A DNA stretch of 64,000 nucleotides, taken from NCBI GenBank assembly GCA_900088475.1, contig FLMG01002354.1, forward strand, positions 31,208-95,207, written 5' to 3'. The position numbers and the translations under genes were made by a program. Positions 59,855-64,000 of this stretch are shown here, piece after piece. This DNA is from Hyphochytrium catenoides (taxonomy: Eukaryota; Protista; Hyphochytriomycota). The stretch's first letter is position 1. Each line of letters opens with the position of its first letter. The notes under the pieces are model-generated. The model was not told where the DNA came from. It saw only the letters and a list, made by a program, of their open reading frames with translations, and did no database searches.

Positions 59855-62300
59855 TCATTCTCCCGCCTCATTGTCCGATGACTCTGATGAGTCATCATCT
59901 GTCGTTGAAGAGTCATGGTCTTCGGAGGATGTATCCGATTCTTCTGAGCTAGAGTCTTCGGACTCTTCCTCTTCTTCGTCTTGCCGAAGCTCCAACTCCC
60001 TCAACGGAAAGCCCGTGCAGTGCCTTCCACAGCTAGGGGAGACACTCAAAAGCTCCTGACCTAGTTCGACCAAAATTTCGTTGTTCTGTCTCTGAACCCA
60101 AGCGATATAGTCCCTTAGGAATATGTTATTGAGCAAATAACGGTTGTCGGACAGCTCTATCGCTCTGTAGACGTAGAGCAGGCACTTTAGTACACTCCGT
60201 TTCCCTAAGAGCAAGATGGAGGCAACATCCTCTCTCACTGTTTCCACCATCGCCCAGGAGCGCAGGTAAGNNNNNNNNNNNNNNNNNTCGTTAGAGATAC
60301 CAATAAGTGGTATACGAGGACAAAGCATGAAGGAGACAAGGAAACGAAAGATTGGACATGCGAGTGCTGCGAAAATGGGGCAGAAGGACGGCCAGAGAGT
60401 TGCGAGAGGGAAGTGAGACAGTCAAGCTTAAGTCTGAGCCTTTAAAGAGACGGGATCAAAGTCCTTATGACACTAAGTCGACCTGACAAGGTCTTTTTTC
60501 TCGCTTACCTGAGTAGTTCGATAGTCATAGGCAAAGGCTAGCAGGATGTCGACGAGTCCAAGTAGAAGGCGGCGTGAGCCCGAGGGTGAAATAACGTGTG
60601 TGGTGTTGGGTATCCGTAACAGAAGATCTTTCTCTTCCTTGGTAAAGAGAGCGCTCTCTGCTTCAAAGGTCTGGCCCAACAAGGTCATCCACAGGCCAAT
60701 GTCTAGGGAGAAACCATCACTTTCTGTCTTCTCCTCCGTGGCCGAGACTGAACTTGAAGGCTGTGCAGGAGAAGCTGGGTGGCGGGCGTGTCTATCATCT
60801 GTCCCAAGAGTAAGGGAGGCAATCTGTTTCGATAATCCCTCTTCAAGCTCAGTCCTTTCCGAGGTGGCGGGGTTCACTTCCTGAATTAGTGGACGTCCCA
60901 CAGCGCTAGTGCTGGAGGTTTTGGCCTCTTCTGTCGCTTTCTCAAGGACCATAGGGACGAGCAGCTGCGGTCGAGAAGAACCAAGGGTTTCTAGGACTAG
61001 AAGGGACGCATTCCTCTGTGATGATGAGCTCGCCGCTTTGCTAACTGCCATGCCGGTCTGTGGTTGACCGTCATCTACTTTATTCCTTCTCTCCTTCTCA
61101 TAGAGCTCCTTCACTTGAGCTAAGGGCTCCGCCCAGAACGGCGTGAAACTTATTGATTCGATGAACACGTCATCGTCTGCCGCATAGAGGGAATCAGATG
61201 CATAACGCTCCATGTCAAAATCCTCTTTCTCTTTCTCTTCTCTTCGAACCCGTCTCGCGCTCTCCGGCGTGCTCTCGGGGTCTGGAAGTTCAAGCACATC
61301 GTATAGCTCTTCGTGAAGGTCTTTGAAGACACCTCTGTAGCTGTTGTTGAAGCCGTACGATGGACCGAGGAGAAGAGATGGAAACGGAGGGTCTGAGATA
61401 GCTTCCGGCGCACTCTCATCCCTCAGCGCTGCAGCAGCATGAACCTCCTTGCACCAGAGAGGCACTCCATCCTCATCAACGTTCTCTTCATCTTCAATCT
61501 CACCTCTTCTTTCTTCTGCTGGCTCTGCTCCTGTCTCGTCAGGGGAGCGAGCGATAGATTCCTCCCCTATGACCTCGACCAGCGGCCCATTTCTAGAGGC
61601 ATATTGATCAGGTCATACAGAGGACGGATAGGTGGCGTGTAGATAATAGAGAAAGATGACGAGGGTACCTAAAAGCAGAAAGCCAATGCTAGATAGCGAC
61701 TCAAGAGATCTGAAAAGGTAATACTGATAACGATGAGACGTAGCGGGAAGGCTAGGAAAGGAAAGGCGGGCGGCCCCTACCTGTTTAGCTTCGGCGCCCG
61801 TCGGGGCTGCAATAAACTAGTGATGAGATCTAAGTCAGGGAAATGTTGACCCGGAGTCGCCTTTGGAATAGTCACCGTGATAACGCCATTCATCTGCAAG
61901 ATAGCGTTGAGAAAGAGTAGCGAGATATGACTTGCGAGAATGAGCTGAAATGTACGCAGCAGCATTAGCAGAGAAGCATAAATGCGACGTAGAGCATTGC
62001 CCACGCAAAGAAAATGCACGCAGCAAGGAGAACGGAGCTCCGCACTAGGAAAGGAGAAGCGAAGACTAAAGGACTGATAAAGGTCCAAACCTTATTGGGG
62101 TCATACACAGCCTTGGCTCTGTCATCGTCTACTAAGGAGTGTGGAAAGCTGAGTTTAAGCAGGTAGGGTTTGCACCAGAAACTGAACTCTGTTCCCTGAA
62201 CATCAAAGTCCATCTCTGAAACCCGAACATGTGGCGTCTCGATCTCTATCTCTACATTTTTGTCCGTCTGTGACAGCTGGAAGCGTGGAATGATCGGCAT
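59855..62300 (-). CDS. SHQ1: H/ACA RNP assembly factor SHQ1, multi-exon, contains an assembly gap
   Basis: CS domain MPIIPRFQLSQT...F.F.CKPYLLKLSFP, HFPDLDLITSLL, YGFNNSY.GVF..L, R...EKEDFD.ERY..D, LLGLVDILLAFAYDYRTTQ, ILLLGK..VLKCLL, RYLLN.IFLRDY..WVQ. Confidence 0.95.
60271..60287. other. Assembly gap (N run) inside SHQ1
   Basis: 17 N. Confidence 1.
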
Positions 62301-63035
62301 TCTTGAGTTCCAAGGTAAGTGCAGTGTGTGCACAGCAGCTAGTTAAAGGCTTTCCCCGATTTCAGCGTCCACAGGGAAGGGCAAAAGTGCGTAGGAACCG
62401 CCTACGGCACCGTCAGAAGCAGTATCCACAAGCAGCTCGGCCAATGGAAGTGGACAAGTCTTCAAATTGACTGCGCCTGCGTCTTCATTGAGTCTGCAAG
62501 TCTTCCTTTCTCTGTCGTGTCCGCAGCCTTTCAATATGTCATCAGAACAAGATGACATGCAACTGAGTCTCGAGTCTTAGGTTACGAAGATTAACCCGGG
62601 TACTTGACCCTCTCTATAGCTAAGCTCTAGACAGGACAAAGAACCTATATTCGAGCCCTGATTCGAGATTACGGCCGTTACCCGTCTCAAGGTGAGGTTC
62701 TGATGTGTGTTTTTGGTGGCACAAGGAGACTTCATCACTCAAGAGCAGGCTACAATGATAGCAAAGGCTGTTTGCTTACGTTGCTTCTGTGTTGGCTGGC
62801 CGCAGATGTTCATAAGAGTTCAACAAAGTTAGGCGCACCTGGCGGGCGAACGCTACTAACTCTATGCATCAACGCGCTTGGATTAGAGGTAACTCCCTGG
62901 CATTCGGGTCGCCTGGAGGACCGTGGTGGAGAAAGTCTAAGGTTGATCGTCAAGCTCGCCGCCGCCACAAGAGGACGACAATGCAGGCCCACAAATTGGG
63001 ACAACAGGAGCGACGTAACGCGGTACAAAGATAGT

Positions 63036-64000
63036 TTATTTTTTCATTCCCATTATCATTAGCTCCTTTCTGGTCAGTGAAGCTGCGATAACGGGTAGAG
63101 TTTCTAGAAGTTCCGCAAAAGAAGGGCGGAATGCAGGATTCTGAGGAAGGAGTTGGTCAGGGTACAGGAAAGATCACAGACTCATTAAGACGGCTAACTT
63201 ACCCCATGCCAACAATGCTCTATCAAGGCGCCAACCTTGGCAGGAGTGTAGGATGGTAAAGCTGGGCGCATATTCTGGCGGGCTACAGAGAAGGCAGCTA
63301 CGGGAGCCGTCCCATGATGTGCAAATGCGTCAATACATGGATTAGAAGGGAAAGAGAGAGGTAAACGGCGATAAGATTAGTGCACTTGGTCGATACCACT
63401 GCGATAACGTCTAGCATTTTGGTAAGAAGGAGGAGACTTACCTTGTATGGGAGTCATGCCTTTGAAGGGCTGCTCTTTGGTGATTAGCTCCCAAAGGACT
63501 ATTCCGTAGCTGTCGACAGATATCAGCCTAGCTTTAGCCATAGCACCATAGCCCCAGCAGTCTGATTGGCTACCAACCTGTATACGTCTGCCTTGCTGGA
63601 GTAAGGTTCGTGCCTGATGACTTCAGGGGCCATCCATCGATACGTTCCGGTCTCAGCTGTCATCTCCCCGGAGTTTTCTAGATGCCGAAATCCACGAAAG
63701 AGGAGACATCATGGGAAGGATGGGGAGGGGGCAGGTTTAGGAAGGATAGAATGCGCTTCATAATCTGACATTGACCGTCGGAAGTCTACCAGGAAAAGTG
63801 AACTCAATGAAGGAAAGTAATTATCATGATGGCAAGACGTAGCAAAGGTGAAGGTGCAGAGCATTGTGTAAGCTGAGTAACGAAAAGATACGCAACCATA
63901 CAACATAGCTTTTCCTCTAGCCCCACCTGACGCGAAGACGCAGCTTAGCCCAAAATCAGAAATTTTGACAGTCCCATGCTTGTCAAGCAGGAGGTTGCCT
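63036..64000 (-). CDS. TKL-group (STY/Raf-like) protein kinase, C-terminal half, 5'-truncated by the window
   Basis: [46 protein letters not shown]|[19 protein letters not shown]|AAFSVA...RP..P...[14 protein letters not shown]. Stop at 63036-63038. Confidence 0.93.

Overview
Gene-dense, intron-rich eukaryotic nuclear DNA of roughly 50% GC. Introns are mostly 60-300 nt GT-AG with clear CTRAC/CTAAT branch points. INTS2, a plant/stramenopile-style STY kinase and the intron style suggest a protist or alga, probably a stramenopile (inference only). I assembled 18 protein-coding genes by hand from splice signals and recalled motifs. In order: BOR1/SLC4 transporter (5'-partial), Rid/YjgF protein, INTS2, CCT3, a coiled-coil protein, a METTL21-type lysine methyltransferase, seryl-tRNA synthetase, a small hypothetical gene, a large acidic disordered protein, a NUDT8-like Nudix hydrolase, a tandem-PH protein, TTC27, an orphan ORF, a multi-pass membrane protein, a RecD2 helicase, URB2, SHQ1 and a TKL kinase (5'-partial). 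No rRNA, tRNA, CRISPR array or recognisable transposon was seen. Three observations stand out: (1) a complete bacterial-type RecD2 helicase that has acquired many introns and a mitochondrial-type presequence; (2) SerRS fused to a C-terminal eEF1B-beta-like GST domain; (3) a membrane protein with an adenylyl-cyclase-like 6TM module but no cyclase domain. All family calls rest on remembered motifs, not database searches, and exon boundaries are manual.
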